Source of the DNA: Deltaproteobacteria bacterium
Lineage (GTDB): Bacteria > Desulfobacterota > Binatia > UBA12015
Length of the DNA stretch: 64,000 bases
NCBI GenBank assembly: GCA_016874795.1
Contig: VGTG01000001.1
Location: 22,735 to 86,734 of the forward strand
Direction: 5' to 3'
Position numbers and translations under genes: made by a program. This document shows positions 25,715 through 35,097 of the stretch, one piece after another. The first letter of the stretch is position 1, and each line of letters opens with the position of its first letter. A model generated the notes under the pieces. That model was not told the DNA's origin and did no database searches. It saw nothing but the letters and a program-made list of their open reading frames with translations.

Positions 25715-27076
25715 CTACTCGCAGCGCGGGTCGCCGAACTCGGGATCGGTCCCGTTGCAGACGGCGGCGGTCCCGATCGGGTTCGTGACGCAGGTGCCGT
25801 TCTGACACGCGCCGAACACCGTGCAGCCGGGGACGAAGGCCGTGCAATCGATCTCGACGTCGCAGTCGAAGTCGCCGACGCATCCGCAGACGCAGGCGGT
25901 CGCGTCGAAGGTGCAGGCGTCGGTGCACGCGAGCGATCCCGTGCAGGTGTCCTTTCCGAACACGACGTCCTCGCAGAGCGCGTCGTCGAGGTCGGCCCCG
26001 TCGCAGCCCTCGAAGCCGTCGATCACCCCGTTCCCGCACGCGCCGGCACCGGGCGTCGAGCCCGGAGTCGGACCCGGCGAGCCGGTCGTCGTGGGAGCGG
26101 GCGTCGGCCCGGGAGGAGGTGCCCGATCCACCGCGGGCATGCGCGCACCCGCTCCGAAGGCCGCGAGCGATTGGCTGAAGATCCCGAAGACGCTGCCGAC
26201 GGCGGCGCCCGTCTCGAAGAACGCCTTGCCGCTCGACACGAGCGCCGTGCCGCCGGCGATCGACTGCAGGTCGCTCAGGAGGACCCCGTCGATCACGAGA
26301 TCGCGCGAGGAGACGACGTTCCCCTCGGTCGCCGCCAGAGTCGCGCGCGTCTGCACGGTGTTCGGCCCGAGATCGAAGCGGCTGCCGTACCGATCGACGA
26401 ACGCGGCGAGGATCACGCGGTTGCCGTCCTTCTCCGGCGGATCGAGCGTCTCGGGATCGTAGTACGCGGGAACGAGAAGGACGTCCGGCGTGAATCGCTG
26501 GTAGCGCGTCGCAGCTCCGTCGACCACGGTTCCCGGGACCGCGAGATTCCCTCCCGCACCGACCGCACGGCGTCCCATCGGGCTGTCGCCGAAGGCAGCG
26601 CCGAGCCCACCGCCGAGGGACGTATTCGCGACCGTGTACCCGCCGGTGAGCGGAAGCGGCGGCACGACCGGTTGCAACTCGCTTTCGCTCCGGACGGGGG
26701 TGACGACGAGGAGACCCGCTTGCCCGTTGCCGACGCCGCCCGCTTCCTCGGTCGGATTGATCACGCGGTTGCCCCGTCCGGGGAGGATCCGGACGGACTG
26801 CCCGAGTCGACCGTCGAGGCTCGTCGGGTAGAAGGCGATCTCGATCGTGACCGGCTCGGACGCCGGGTTTGCGACCGTCACGAACGGCACCCGATCGGTT
26901 CGCCCGTCGAAGAAGAAGATCAGCTGATCGCCGGTGTCGCCGGGTACCGCAACGGTGGACTGTGCCGAGACCGGCCGCGAGCTCGCGAGGCACGCCGTGA
27001 AGATCGTACACACGGCGGCGAGCACGGGCGCGAGGCCCCGCGCTCCGCCTCGCGAGGACGGCGCCTCCGGGATCAC
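25715..27076 (-). CDS. Secreted protein with a C-terminal Cys-rich domain beginning with a Myxococcus-type cysteine-rich repeat
   Basis: Signal peptide, a Pro/Thr linker (PPPGPTPAPTTTGSPGPTPGSTPG), then CGNGVIDGFEGCDGADLDD followed by a dense Cys array. Confidence 0.78.
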   Translation of the reverse strand: MIPEAPSSRGGARGLAPVLAAVCTIFTACLASSRPVSAQSTVAVPGDTGDQLIFFFDGRTDRVPFVTVANPASEPVTIEIAFYPTSLDGRLGQSVRILPGRGNRVINPTEEAGGVGNGQAGLLVVTPVRSESELQPVVPPLPLTGGYTVANTSLGGGLGAAFGDSPMGRRAVGAGGNLAVPGTVVDGAATRYQRFTPDVLLVPAYYDPETLDPPEKDGNRVILAAFVDRYGSRFDLGPNTVQTRATLAATEGNVVSSRDLVIDGVLLSDLQSIAGGTALVSSGKAFFETGAAVGSVFGIFSQSLAAFGAGARMPAVDRAPPPGPTPAPTTTGSPGPTPGSTPGAGACGNGVIDGFEGCDGADLDDALCEDVVFGKDTCTGSLACTDACTFDATACVCGCVGDFDCDVEIDCTAFVPGCTVFGACQNGTCVTNPIGTAAVCNGTDPEFGDPRCE

Positions 27077-27174
27077 GGCCGCATTTCATCGCGCAGCCCG
27101 GGCACGGTCAAACGGCTTTTCGTGCGATCCGGTTCATCCCTCGGGTAATTCGGAGCTTCGCCGTCGATCGCTTC

Positions 27175-28320
27175 TTGCACCTGGCCAGATTTCACGCTTA
27201 CCTCAACCGGTCGATGAGGAGGATGAGGAGGCATGTGTCCCCGACGATCTCGGTGGTGATCCCGGTGCACCAGGCGGCAGCCATGTTGCGGGCCTGTCTG
27301 CAGCACCTCCGAGACGGCTCCGAGCCGCCCTTCGAGTGCATCGTCGTCGACGACGGCTCGACCGATGCTTCGGCGGAGGTCGCGCGAAGCTACGGAGCGC
27401 GCGTGCTCGCGACCGGAGCCCGTCGCGGCCCGGCGCACGCGCGCAACAAGGGCGTGCAGGCCGCTCGGGGGAACGTCATCCTCTTTCTCGACGCAGACGT
27501 CTGCCCGGCCCCGGACACGATCGCGCGCGTCCGCGAAGCCTTCGAGAAGGAGCCGGACCTCGACGCCCTCATCGGATCGTACGACGACGCTCCTTCGAGC
27601 CCGGGCTTCGTCTCCCAGTACAAGAACCTGATGCACTGCTTCGTGCACCAGAGCGGCCGCCGCGCCGCGAGCACGTTTTGGAGCGGTTGCGGAGCGATCC
27701 ATCGCGACGTGTTTCTCGCTCTCGGCGGCTTCGACGAAGCGTACGATCGGCCCGCGATCGAGGACATCGAGCTCGGCTACCGGCTCGTCGGAGCGCGCCG
27801 GAAGGTCCGGCTCGACCCGCACCTCACGGTCAAGCACTTGAAGCACTGGACGCTCACGGGCCTGATCCGCTCCGACATCTTCGATCGCGGCGTGCCGTGG
27901 ACGGAGCTGATCTGGCGCGATCGGCTGATGCCGAACGACCTGAACCTCCGCACGAGCCAGCGTGTCAGCGTGGCGCTCGTCGTCCTCCTGGTCGCGCTCT
28001 CGGGCATCGCGGCGCTCGGGTGGGACGCAGGCTCGTCGATCTCGCTCGGTCTCGGCGTTCTCGGTGGCTGGCTCCTCGGGCTCGCCGCGATCCTCCTTCT
28101 GAATCGGCGCTTCTACGCGTTCCTCGCGCAGCGTCGTGGTCCGGCCTTCGCGTGCGCCGCGGTTCCGATGCAGCTCGCCTACTACGCCTACAGCGGCTTC
28201 TCCTTCGCGGTCGGAACGTTCCGCTTCGCGGCCGGCCTCGCCCGCGAGCGCGTCGTCCTCCTCGAAGCCGAAGGCGAGCCCGTTCCGGGCAAGATCGTCG
28301 AGAGCCGGCAGGTCGCGTGA
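27175..28320 (+). CDS. Family 2 glycosyltransferase with C-terminal multi-TM domain
   Basis: ISVVIPVHQ, VVDDGSTD and FLDADV motifs, with 4 C-terminal hydrophobic segments. The true start is probably downstream (ATG 27214/27223 or GTG 27232). Confidence 0.85.
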   Translation: MHLARFHAYLNRSMRRMRRHVSPTISVVIPVHQAAAMLRACLQHLRDGSEPPFECIVVDDGSTDASAEVARSYGARVLATGARRGPAHARNKGVQAARGNVILFLDADVCPAPDTIARVREAFEKEPDLDALIGSYDDAPSSPGFVSQYKNLMHCFVHQSGRRAASTFWSGCGAIHRDVFLALGGFDEAYDRPAIEDIELGYRLVGARRKVRLDPHLTVKHLKHWTLTGLIRSDIFDRGVPWTELIWRDRLMPNDLNLRTSQRVSVALVVLLVALSGIAALGWDAGSSISLGLGVLGGWLLGLAAILLLNRRFYAFLAQRRGPAFACAAVPMQLAYYAYSGFSFAVGTFRFAAGLARERVVLLEAEGEPVPGKIVESRQVA

Positions 28321-28336
28321 CGCTCCGGACTCTCGC

Positions 28337-29044
28337 ATGACGGCGGACCGCTCTCCTCGCACGCTCGCGATCGACGTCGGCGGCACCGGTCTCAAGATGA
28401 TCGTGCTCGATCCGAACGGGGCCGCCATCGAGGAGCGGCACCGGGTTCCGACGCCGCGGCCGGCGACGCCACGAGCGGTCCTCGAGGCGCTCCGCGGGCT
28501 CATCGGCACGCAGCCGCCGTTCGACCGCGTGTCCGTCGGATTTCCGGGTGTCGTGCACGAAGGCGTCGTTGCGACCGCGCCGAACCTCGACGGCGACTGG
28601 CACGGATTCAAGCTCGCAAACGCGCTTTCGACTCTCACCGGCAAGCCGGTGCGCGTCGCCAACGACGCGGACGTGCAAGGTTACGCGGACATCGAAGGTC
28701 GAGGCGTCGAGATGGTCCTCACTCTCGGCACCGGACTCGGCTCCGCGCTCTTCGTCGACGGGCACCTCGTGCCGAACCTCGAGCTCGCGCATCATCCGTA
28801 CGACGGTAAGCGCACCTACGAAGACTACGTCGGCAAGCGCGCGCTCGAGAAAGTCGGGAAGAAGCGCTGGCGAAGACGCGTCGGCAAGATGATCGAGCAC
28901 GTGGAGCCGATCTGGAACTACCGCCTGCTCCACCTCGGCGGCGGCAACGCGAAGCTCCTCCACGCGGAGGGCTTGCCGGCGAACGTGCTGGTGCACTCGA
29001 ACGAAGCCGGCGTCCTCGGCGGTATCGCGCTCTGGAAGGACTGA
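28337..29044 (+). CDS. ppgK: ROK-family polyphosphate/ATP glucokinase
   Basis: LAIDVGGTGLK and LGTGLGSALF, about 235 aa as in polyphosphate glucokinases. ATG at 28337. Confidence 0.75.
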   Translation: MTADRSPRTLAIDVGGTGLKMIVLDPNGAAIEERHRVPTPRPATPRAVLEALRGLIGTQPPFDRVSVGFPGVVHEGVVATAPNLDGDWHGFKLANALSTLTGKPVRVANDADVQGYADIEGRGVEMVLTLGTGLGSALFVDGHLVPNLELAHHPYDGKRTYEDYVGKRALEKVGKKRWRRRVGKMIEHVEPIWNYRLLHLGGGNAKLLHAEGLPANVLVHSNEAGVLGGIALWKD

Positions 29045-29054
29045 GCTTCGCGGC

Positions 29055-30455
29055 TCACTTCACCGTCACGCCGAGCGGCGCCGTCCACCCGCCGTACGCA
29101 GCGGTGAGACGATCCGCTTCCTTCGGTCCCATCGAGCCCTTCGCGTAGCGGTGCGCGGGGCCCGTGTCGCCGAGGATGCCGTCGATCGCCGCCCACGTCC
29201 CTTCGACCGCGCGCTCCGTCGCGAAGAGCGTCGGGTCGCCCGTCAGCGCGTCCCCGAGGAGACGCTCGTACGGAAGTGGCGAGTCGCCGAGGGCCTGCGA
29301 GAAGTCGACGTTCAGGGTCACCGCCTCGGAGTGCATCCCCTCGCCCGGGCGCTTCGCCTGCACGTCGAGGCCGACGCCCGCGTTGCTGCCGAGCCGGAAG
29401 CGCAGGCGATTCGTCTGCGGGATCGCGACGCCGGGCGCGTCGAAGAACCGTTTCGGCGGGCCGCGGAACTCGACCACCGCCTCGGTCGCCGTCGCGGCGA
29501 GGGCCTTTCCCGTGCGGAGGAAGAACGGGACGCCTTCCCAGCGCCACGAATCGATGTCGATCCGCAGCGCACAGTACGTCGCGGTGCGCGATCCCTTCTT
29601 GACGCCCTCGACCTTCTGGTAGCCGTCGTACTGGCCGCGCACGAAGTTCTTCGGGTCGATCGGACGCATCGAAGCGAACACCTTCACCTGCTCCTCGTGC
29701 AGGCAGTGCGCGCTCGCCGAGGTCGGCGGCTCCATCGCGAGCAGGGCGACCACCTGCATCATGTGGTTCTGCACGACGTCCTTCAGAGCGCCGACCGCGT
29801 CGTAGAACGAGCCACGGTCTTCGACGCCGAAGGCCTCCGCCATCGTGATCTGGACGTTCGAGACGTAGCGGCGGTTCCAAACCGGCTCGAAGAGCGTGTT
29901 GCCGAACCGCCAGACGAGGAGGTCCTGCACCGGCTCCTTCCCGAGGTAGTGATCGATCCGATAGAGCTGCTCCTCGCGCAGCACCTTCAAGAGCGAGGCG
30001 TTCAGCGCCTGCGCGGAAGCGAGGTCGTGTCCGAACGGCTTCTCGATGACGACTCGCGCACCCTCGATCAGGCCCGCCTTCTGCAGGTTGTAGGTCACCA
30101 TCTCGAAGAGCGAGGGCGGGATCTCGAGGTAGAAGAGCGGCCGCTTCGCCTTTCCGAGGGCGGCCTTCAAGTCGCGGAACGTGCCCGGCTTCGAGTAGTC
30201 GCCCTTCACGAACTTCATCCCGCGCGTCATGCGGGCGAAGACCTTCGCGTCGACGCGAATCCCCGCGTCACGGATCGCGCGGCGCGCGTACTCCTTCAGG
30301 TCGGCCGTCTTCCAGTCGGAGAACGAGACGCCGACGATCGGCACGTTCAGGAGCTTCCGGCGCGCGAGGCGGTAGAGCGACGGGAACGTCATCTTCCGCG
30401 CCAGGTCCCCCGATGCACCGAACAGGACGAGGACGTCCGACTTCTCAGCCCGCAT
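29055..30455 (-). CDS. zwf: Glucose-6-phosphate 1-dehydrogenase
   Basis: LFGASGDLARKMTFPSLY and RIDHYLGKE active-site motif. Confidence 0.95.
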   Translation of the reverse strand: MRAEKSDVLVLFGASGDLARKMTFPSLYRLARRKLLNVPIVGVSFSDWKTADLKEYARRAIRDAGIRVDAKVFARMTRGMKFVKGDYSKPGTFRDLKAALGKAKRPLFYLEIPPSLFEMVTYNLQKAGLIEGARVVIEKPFGHDLASAQALNASLLKVLREEQLYRIDHYLGKEPVQDLLVWRFGNTLFEPVWNRRYVSNVQITMAEAFGVEDRGSFYDAVGALKDVVQNHMMQVVALLAMEPPTSASAHCLHEEQVKVFASMRPIDPKNFVRGQYDGYQKVEGVKKGSRTATYCALRIDIDSWRWEGVPFFLRTGKALAATATEAVVEFRGPPKRFFDAPGVAIPQTNRLRFRLGSNAGVGLDVQAKRPGEGMHSEAVTLNVDFSQALGDSPLPYERLLGDALTGDPTLFATERAVEGTWAAIDGILGDTGPAHRYAKGSMGPKEADRLTAAYGGWTAPLGVTVK

Positions 30456-30722
30456 GCAAGCCTCCCCTTTCCTCCGCGCCTGCCAAGGAATTGCGCACGC
30501 GGAGGTCTATCGGCATCCCGGCCGACTCCCCCAAGCGGCCCGCGGGCTCGCGCGACGTGATCGAGCGCCGCGGACGCCGTCCTAGCGCAACTCTCACCGC
30601 TTTGCTCGTGTACGGTACCCCTTTTACAAGGTCGGAACGCATGGTAGGGGCGCCCGGTGACCGCTGGTCGCGAAGCGCGCGGTGTTGGCCCACGCACCGG
30701 CACACGCACGAGGGAGTCATCG

Positions 30723-31910
30723 GTGCGTGCGGTGAAGCAGGTTCTTCTGGCGAGCGTTTTCGCCGTCGCGGCGTGCGGCAAGAGCGCGCCCCCGACGATG
30801 CCCCCCCCGGAGGTCCTGGTCGCGCCGGTCGTGCAGCGCGACGTCGCGGTCCACTCGGAGTGGGTGGGAACGATCGAGGGCTACGTCAACGCCCAGATCC
30901 GCCCGAAGGTGCAGGGATACCTCCTGACGCAGGACTACCCGAACGGCGGCGTCGTCCAGGCAAACCAGCTCCTCTTCCAGATCGACCCGCGGCAATTCAA
31001 AGCCGCGTACGACGAAGCCGTCGGCGACCTGGGGCAAGCGAAGGCGCAGTACGAGCTGACCCAGCTCGACGTCGCCCGCTACACCCCGCTCGCCGCGAAG
31101 GGCGCCGTCAGCCAGCAGGAGCTGGACGACGCGGTCCAGCAGAACCAGGCGAACCGCGCCGCGGTCCAGCAGGCGGAAGCCGCCGTCGAGCAAGCGCGGC
31201 TGAATCTCGAGTGGACGAAAGTGCAGTCCCCGATCACGGGCATCGCAGGCATCAACCAGGCGCAGATCGGCGACCTCGTCGGAACGACCACGGTGCTGAC
31301 GACGGTCTCGACCGTCGATCCGATCAAGGTCCAGTTCCCGATCAGCGAGCCCGAGTACCTTCGCTTCGCGAGCCGGATCAACCAGGCGTCGCTCGAGGGC
31401 CGCCATCCCGGCCCGGACGCACCGAAGCTCGAGCTGCTTCTCGCCAACGAGAGCGTCTATCCGCATGAGGGCCACATCTTCGCGGTCGATCGCCAGGTCG
31501 ACGTGACGACGGGAACGCTCCTCCTGCAGGCCGTGTTCCCGAATCCGGCCAACGAGCTCCGCCCGGGAGGCTACGGGCGGGTGCGCGCTTCCACCGACTC
31601 GATCAAGAACGCGCTCGTCGTCTCGCAGCGCGCCGTCAACGACTTGCAGGGCACCTACCAGATCTACGTGCTGAACGGCGACAAGGTGCAGGTGCGCGAC
31701 GTCAAGATGGGACCTCGCACGGGAAGCGACTGGGTCGTGAGCGAAGGGCTTCAACCCGGCGACACCGTCGTCGTCGAAGGGCTGCAGAAGATCAGGGACG
31801 GCATGACCGTGATCGCCAAGCCCGCGCCTCCGAGCGAAGCGCCGGGAATGGAAGCGGCTCCAGCTCCAGCTCCCGCCCCCGCTGCAAGCGCCGCGCCGAC
31901 AGCGGGCTGA
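30723..31910 (+). CDS. RND efflux periplasmic adaptor (membrane fusion protein), lipoprotein
   Basis: GTG at 30723 with AGGGAG upstream and lipobox VAAC. HlyD/AcrA-like coiled-coil and barrel regions. Confidence 0.9.
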   Translation: MRAVKQVLLASVFAVAACGKSAPPTMPPPEVLVAPVVQRDVAVHSEWVGTIEGYVNAQIRPKVQGYLLTQDYPNGGVVQANQLLFQIDPRQFKAAYDEAVGDLGQAKAQYELTQLDVARYTPLAAKGAVSQQELDDAVQQNQANRAAVQQAEAAVEQARLNLEWTKVQSPITGIAGINQAQIGDLVGTTTVLTTVSTVDPIKVQFPISEPEYLRFASRINQASLEGRHPGPDAPKLELLLANESVYPHEGHIFAVDRQVDVTTGTLLLQAVFPNPANELRPGGYGRVRASTDSIKNALVVSQRAVNDLQGTYQIYVLNGDKVQVRDVKMGPRTGSDWVVSEGLQPGDTVVVEGLQKIRDGMTVIAKPAPPSEAPGMEAAPAPAPAPAASAAPTAG

Positions 31911-31932
31911 GCGAAGCCGAAAGGCTGGACTG

Positions 31933-34900
31933 ATGTCAGCTTTCTTCGTCCGGCGGCCGATCGTCGCGATGGTCATCGCGATCATCATGACCATCGTCGG
32001 CGCAGTATCGATGGTCCAGCTCCCCATCGCGCAGTTCCCCGACATCGCACCCCCCGAGGTGCAGCTCTCCGCGACCTACACCGGCGCGGACGCTCTCACG
32101 ATCGAGCAGTCGGTCGCGACGCCCATCGAGCAGCAGATGAGCGGCGTCACCGACTCGATCTACATGTACTCGATCAACGCGAACAACGGCACGATGACCC
32201 TGCGTGTCGACTTCGACGTCGGGACGAACATCAACACCGACCAGATCCTGACCCAGATGCGCTACGGGCAAGCTGCCTCGCAGCTCCCGATGGACGTGCA
32301 GCAGTACGGCGTCACCATCAAGCAGTCGACGACCGCGCCGCTGGCTCTCTTCTCGGTCTTCTCGCCGAAGGGCACCTACGACGCGCTCTTCCTCACGAAC
32401 TACGCCCAGATCAACATCAACGACCCGATGACGCGCGTACCCGGCATCGGCCAGGTCTCGATCTTCGGCGCCGGACAGTACGCGATGCGCATGTGGGTGC
32501 GTCCGGACAACCTCGCGAAGCTCGGCATCACCGTCAGCGAGATCCTCGACGCGATCAAGCAGCAGAACACGGTGAACCCCGCAGGACAGGTCGGCGGCGA
32601 GCCGGTCCCGCCCGGCCAGGAGTTCACCTACACCGTCCGCGCCCAGGGCCGCCTCCAGTCCGTCGAGGACTTCGAGAACGTCGTCATCCGGGCGAATGCC
32701 GACGGCTCGATGATCAAGGTGAAGGACGTCGCGCGCGTCGAGCTCGGCGCCCAGCTCTACACGTCGAAAGGGCGCCTCAACGGCAAGCCCGCGGCGATCA
32801 TCGCGATCTATCAGCTCGCCGGGTCGAACGCGATCGACACGATGGAGCAGGCGCGCGCCTTGATGGAGAAAGCGAAGGAGCGCTTTCCCGAGGACCTCGA
32901 CTACGTCGTGTCGCTCGACACCACGAAGGCGGTCACCGCGGGCATCGAGGAGATCGTCAAGACGCTGTTCGAGGCGCTCCTCCTCGTCATCATCGTCGTG
33001 TTCATCTTCTTGCAGGGATTCCGGACGACGCTGATCCCGCTCCTCGCCGTTCCCGTGTCGCTCGTCGGCACGTTCATGCTCTTCCCGCTGCTCGGCTTCT
33101 CGATCAACACGCTGTCGCTCTTCGGGCTCGTCCTCGCGATCGGCATCGTCGTCGACGACGCGATCGTCGTCGTCGAGGCCGTCGAGCACAACATGGAGCA
33201 AGGCCTATCGCCGCGGGACGCGACCCTGAAGGCGATGAGCGAGGTCTCGGCGCCCGTCATCGCGATCGCGCTGATCCTCGTCGCGGTCTTCGTACCGACG
33301 GCGTTCATCCCGGGCATCACGGGCCGCCTGTACCAGCAGTTCGCGGTGACGATCGCGGTCTCCGTCGTGTTCTCCGCGTTCAACGCGCTGACGCTCAGCC
33401 CGGCGCTCGCGGCGCTGCTCCTGCGGCCGAAGAAGGAGATGCGGGGTGTCCTCGGTGCCTTCTTCCGCTGGTTCAACAAGTGGTTCGGGAAGGCGACCGA
33501 CGGATACGTCAACTGGTGCCACCACCTGATCAAGCGTCCCGCGCTCGGACTGCTCGGTCTGGCCGGCCTCGCGGTTGCGGCCGTCTGGCTCGGCTCGAAG
33601 CTCCCGACGGGGTTCGTACCCGACGAGGACCAGGGCTACTTCTACATGAACGTGCAGCTTCCCGACGCCGCTTCGCTGCAGCGGACGGACGAGGTCTGCA
33701 AGCGGATCGAGAAGCTCCTCGAGAAGACGCCCGGCGTCCAGACCTTCAACACCGTCGTCGGGTTCAGCCTCCTCAGCAGCACGAACACGACGTACAGCGG
33801 GTTCTACTTCGTCACCTTGAAGCCGTGGGACGAGCGCGATCCCGAGGGGCTCACGGCCGACGTGATCATGGCGCGCCTGAACGCGCAGCTCCACGAGATG
33901 CCCGACGCGGTCGCGTTCGCGTTCCCGCCGCCGGCGATCCCCGGCGTCGGCACCTCGGGCGGCGTCACGTTCATGCTCGGCGACCACTCGGGGGGCACCG
34001 TCGAGTTCCTCGCGGAGAACACCGCGAAATTCATCGCCGCGGCGAACAAGCGGCCCGAGTTCGCGCAGATCTTCACGACCTTCGTGCCGAACGTGCCGCA
34101 GATCTATGCCCACGTCGACCGCGAGAAGGTCCTGAAGCAGGGCGTCGACCTCAGCTCGGTCTACAAGACGCTGCAGGCGTTCATGGGTGGCGTCTTCATC
34201 AACTACTTCAACCGATTCGGCCGCGTCTGGCAGGTCTACGTCCAGGCCGAAGGCGAATACCGCACGAACACGCGCGCGATGGGCCAGTTCTACGTCAAGA
34301 ATAAGGAAGGCGGGATGGTCCCGCTCGACGCCATCGTCGAGACGAGCAGCATCTACGGCCCCGAGTTCACGATCCGCTTCAACAAGCACCGTTCGGCGCA
34401 AATCAATGCGTCGCTCAAGCCGGGATACAGCTCCTCGCGGGGCATGAAGGCGCTCGAGGAAGTCTTCGCCGAGACGATGCCGCCCGAGATGGGGTACGAC
34501 TACATGGGCATGTCGTACCAGGAGCAGGTCGCAGCCCAGGGCGTCTCGCCGATGGTCATCTTCGGCTTCTCGCTCTTGATGGTGTTCCTGATCCTCGCCG
34601 CACAGTACGAGAGCTGGACCCTGCCCTTCAGCGTCCTCCTCGGTATCCCGATCGCGGTCTTCGGCGCGTTCTTCGGCCTCTTCGTGCGCGAGATGGTCAA
34701 CAACGTGTACGCACAGATCGGCCTCGTCATGCTGATCGGCCTCACTGCGAAGAACGCCATCCTGATCGTCGAATTCGCGAAGGACGAGTACGAGAAGGGG
34801 AAGCCGCTCATCGACGCGACGCTCTACGCGGCCAAGCTCCGGCTCCGCCCGATCCTGATGACGGCCTTCGCCTTCATTCTCGGCGTCGTGCCGCTCGTGC

Positions 34901-35097
34901 GGGCGACGGGCGCGGGGGCCGTTTCGCGGCAGATCATGGGAACCGCTGTGATGAGCGGAATGCTGACCGCGTCCCTGATCGCGATCTTCATCATCCCGCT
35001 GTCGTTCTACGTCGTCGAGCGGCTCGCCGGCACGGAGCACGGGCCGGCGGATCTGCCTGCCGGCTCGCCGGCGGCAAGCCCGGAAGGATCGCACTGA
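31933..35097 (+). CDS. RND (HAE1, AcrB/MexB-like) multidrug efflux permease
   Basis: 1054 aa, MSAFFVRRPIVAMVIAIIM..., 12-TM/2 large loop architecture. Confidence 0.97.
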   Translation: MSAFFVRRPIVAMVIAIIMTIVGAVSMVQLPIAQFPDIAPPEVQLSATYTGADALTIEQSVATPIEQQMSGVTDSIYMYSINANNGTMTLRVDFDVGTNINTDQILTQMRYGQAASQLPMDVQQYGVTIKQSTTAPLALFSVFSPKGTYDALFLTNYAQININDPMTRVPGIGQVSIFGAGQYAMRMWVRPDNLAKLGITVSEILDAIKQQNTVNPAGQVGGEPVPPGQEFTYTVRAQGRLQSVEDFENVVIRANADGSMIKVKDVARVELGAQLYTSKGRLNGKPAAIIAIYQLAGSNAIDTMEQARALMEKAKERFPEDLDYVVSLDTTKAVTAGIEEIVKTLFEALLLVIIVVFIFLQGFRTTLIPLLAVPVSLVGTFMLFPLLGFSINTLSLFGLVLAIGIVVDDAIVVVEAVEHNMEQGLSPRDATLKAMSEVSAPVIAIALILVAVFVPTAFIPGITGRLYQQFAVTIAVSVVFSAFNALTLSPALAALLLRPKKEMRGVLGAFFRWFNKWFGKATDGYVNWCHHLIKRPALGLLGLAGLAVAAVWLGSKLPTGFVPDEDQGYFYMNVQLPDAASLQRTDEVCKRIEKLLEKTPGVQTFNTVVGFSLLSSTNTTYSGFYFVTLKPWDERDPEGLTADVIMARLNAQLHEMPDAVAFAFPPPAIPGVGTSGGVTFMLGDHSGGTVEFLAENTAKFIAAANKRPEFAQIFTTFVPNVPQIYAHVDREKVLKQGVDLSSVYKTLQAFMGGVFINYFNRFGRVWQVYVQAEGEYRTNTRAMGQFYVKNKEGGMVPLDAIVETSSIYGPEFTIRFNKHRSAQINASLKPGYSSSRGMKALEEVFAETMPPEMGYDYMGMSYQEQVAAQGVSPMVIFGFSLLMVFLILAAQYESWTLPFSVLLGIPIAVFGAFFGLFVREMVNNVYAQIGLVMLIGLTAKNAILIVEFAKDEYEKGKPLIDATLYAAKLRLRPILMTAFAFILGVVPLVRATGAGAVSRQIMGTAVMSGMLTASLIAIFIIPLSFYVVERLAGTEHGPADLPAGSPAASPEGSH

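Noticed and set aside
27206-27231. Direct duplication GATGAGGAG GATGAGGAG at the 5' end of the GT2 gene (MRRMRR).
   Set aside because: It is only two copies of a 9-mer and is not a repeat array. It mainly creates ambiguity about which ATG or GTG is the start, because the SD-like AGGAGG lies inside the candidate coding sequence.
30456-30722. A 267-bp leader upstream of the RND efflux operon, with a possible sigma70-like promoter (TTGCTC at 30602-30607, 16-nt spacer, TTACAA at 30624-30629).
   Set aside because: The hexamers are weak matches. There is no adjacent regulator gene or clear palindrome, so the evidence is too speculative for a feature call.
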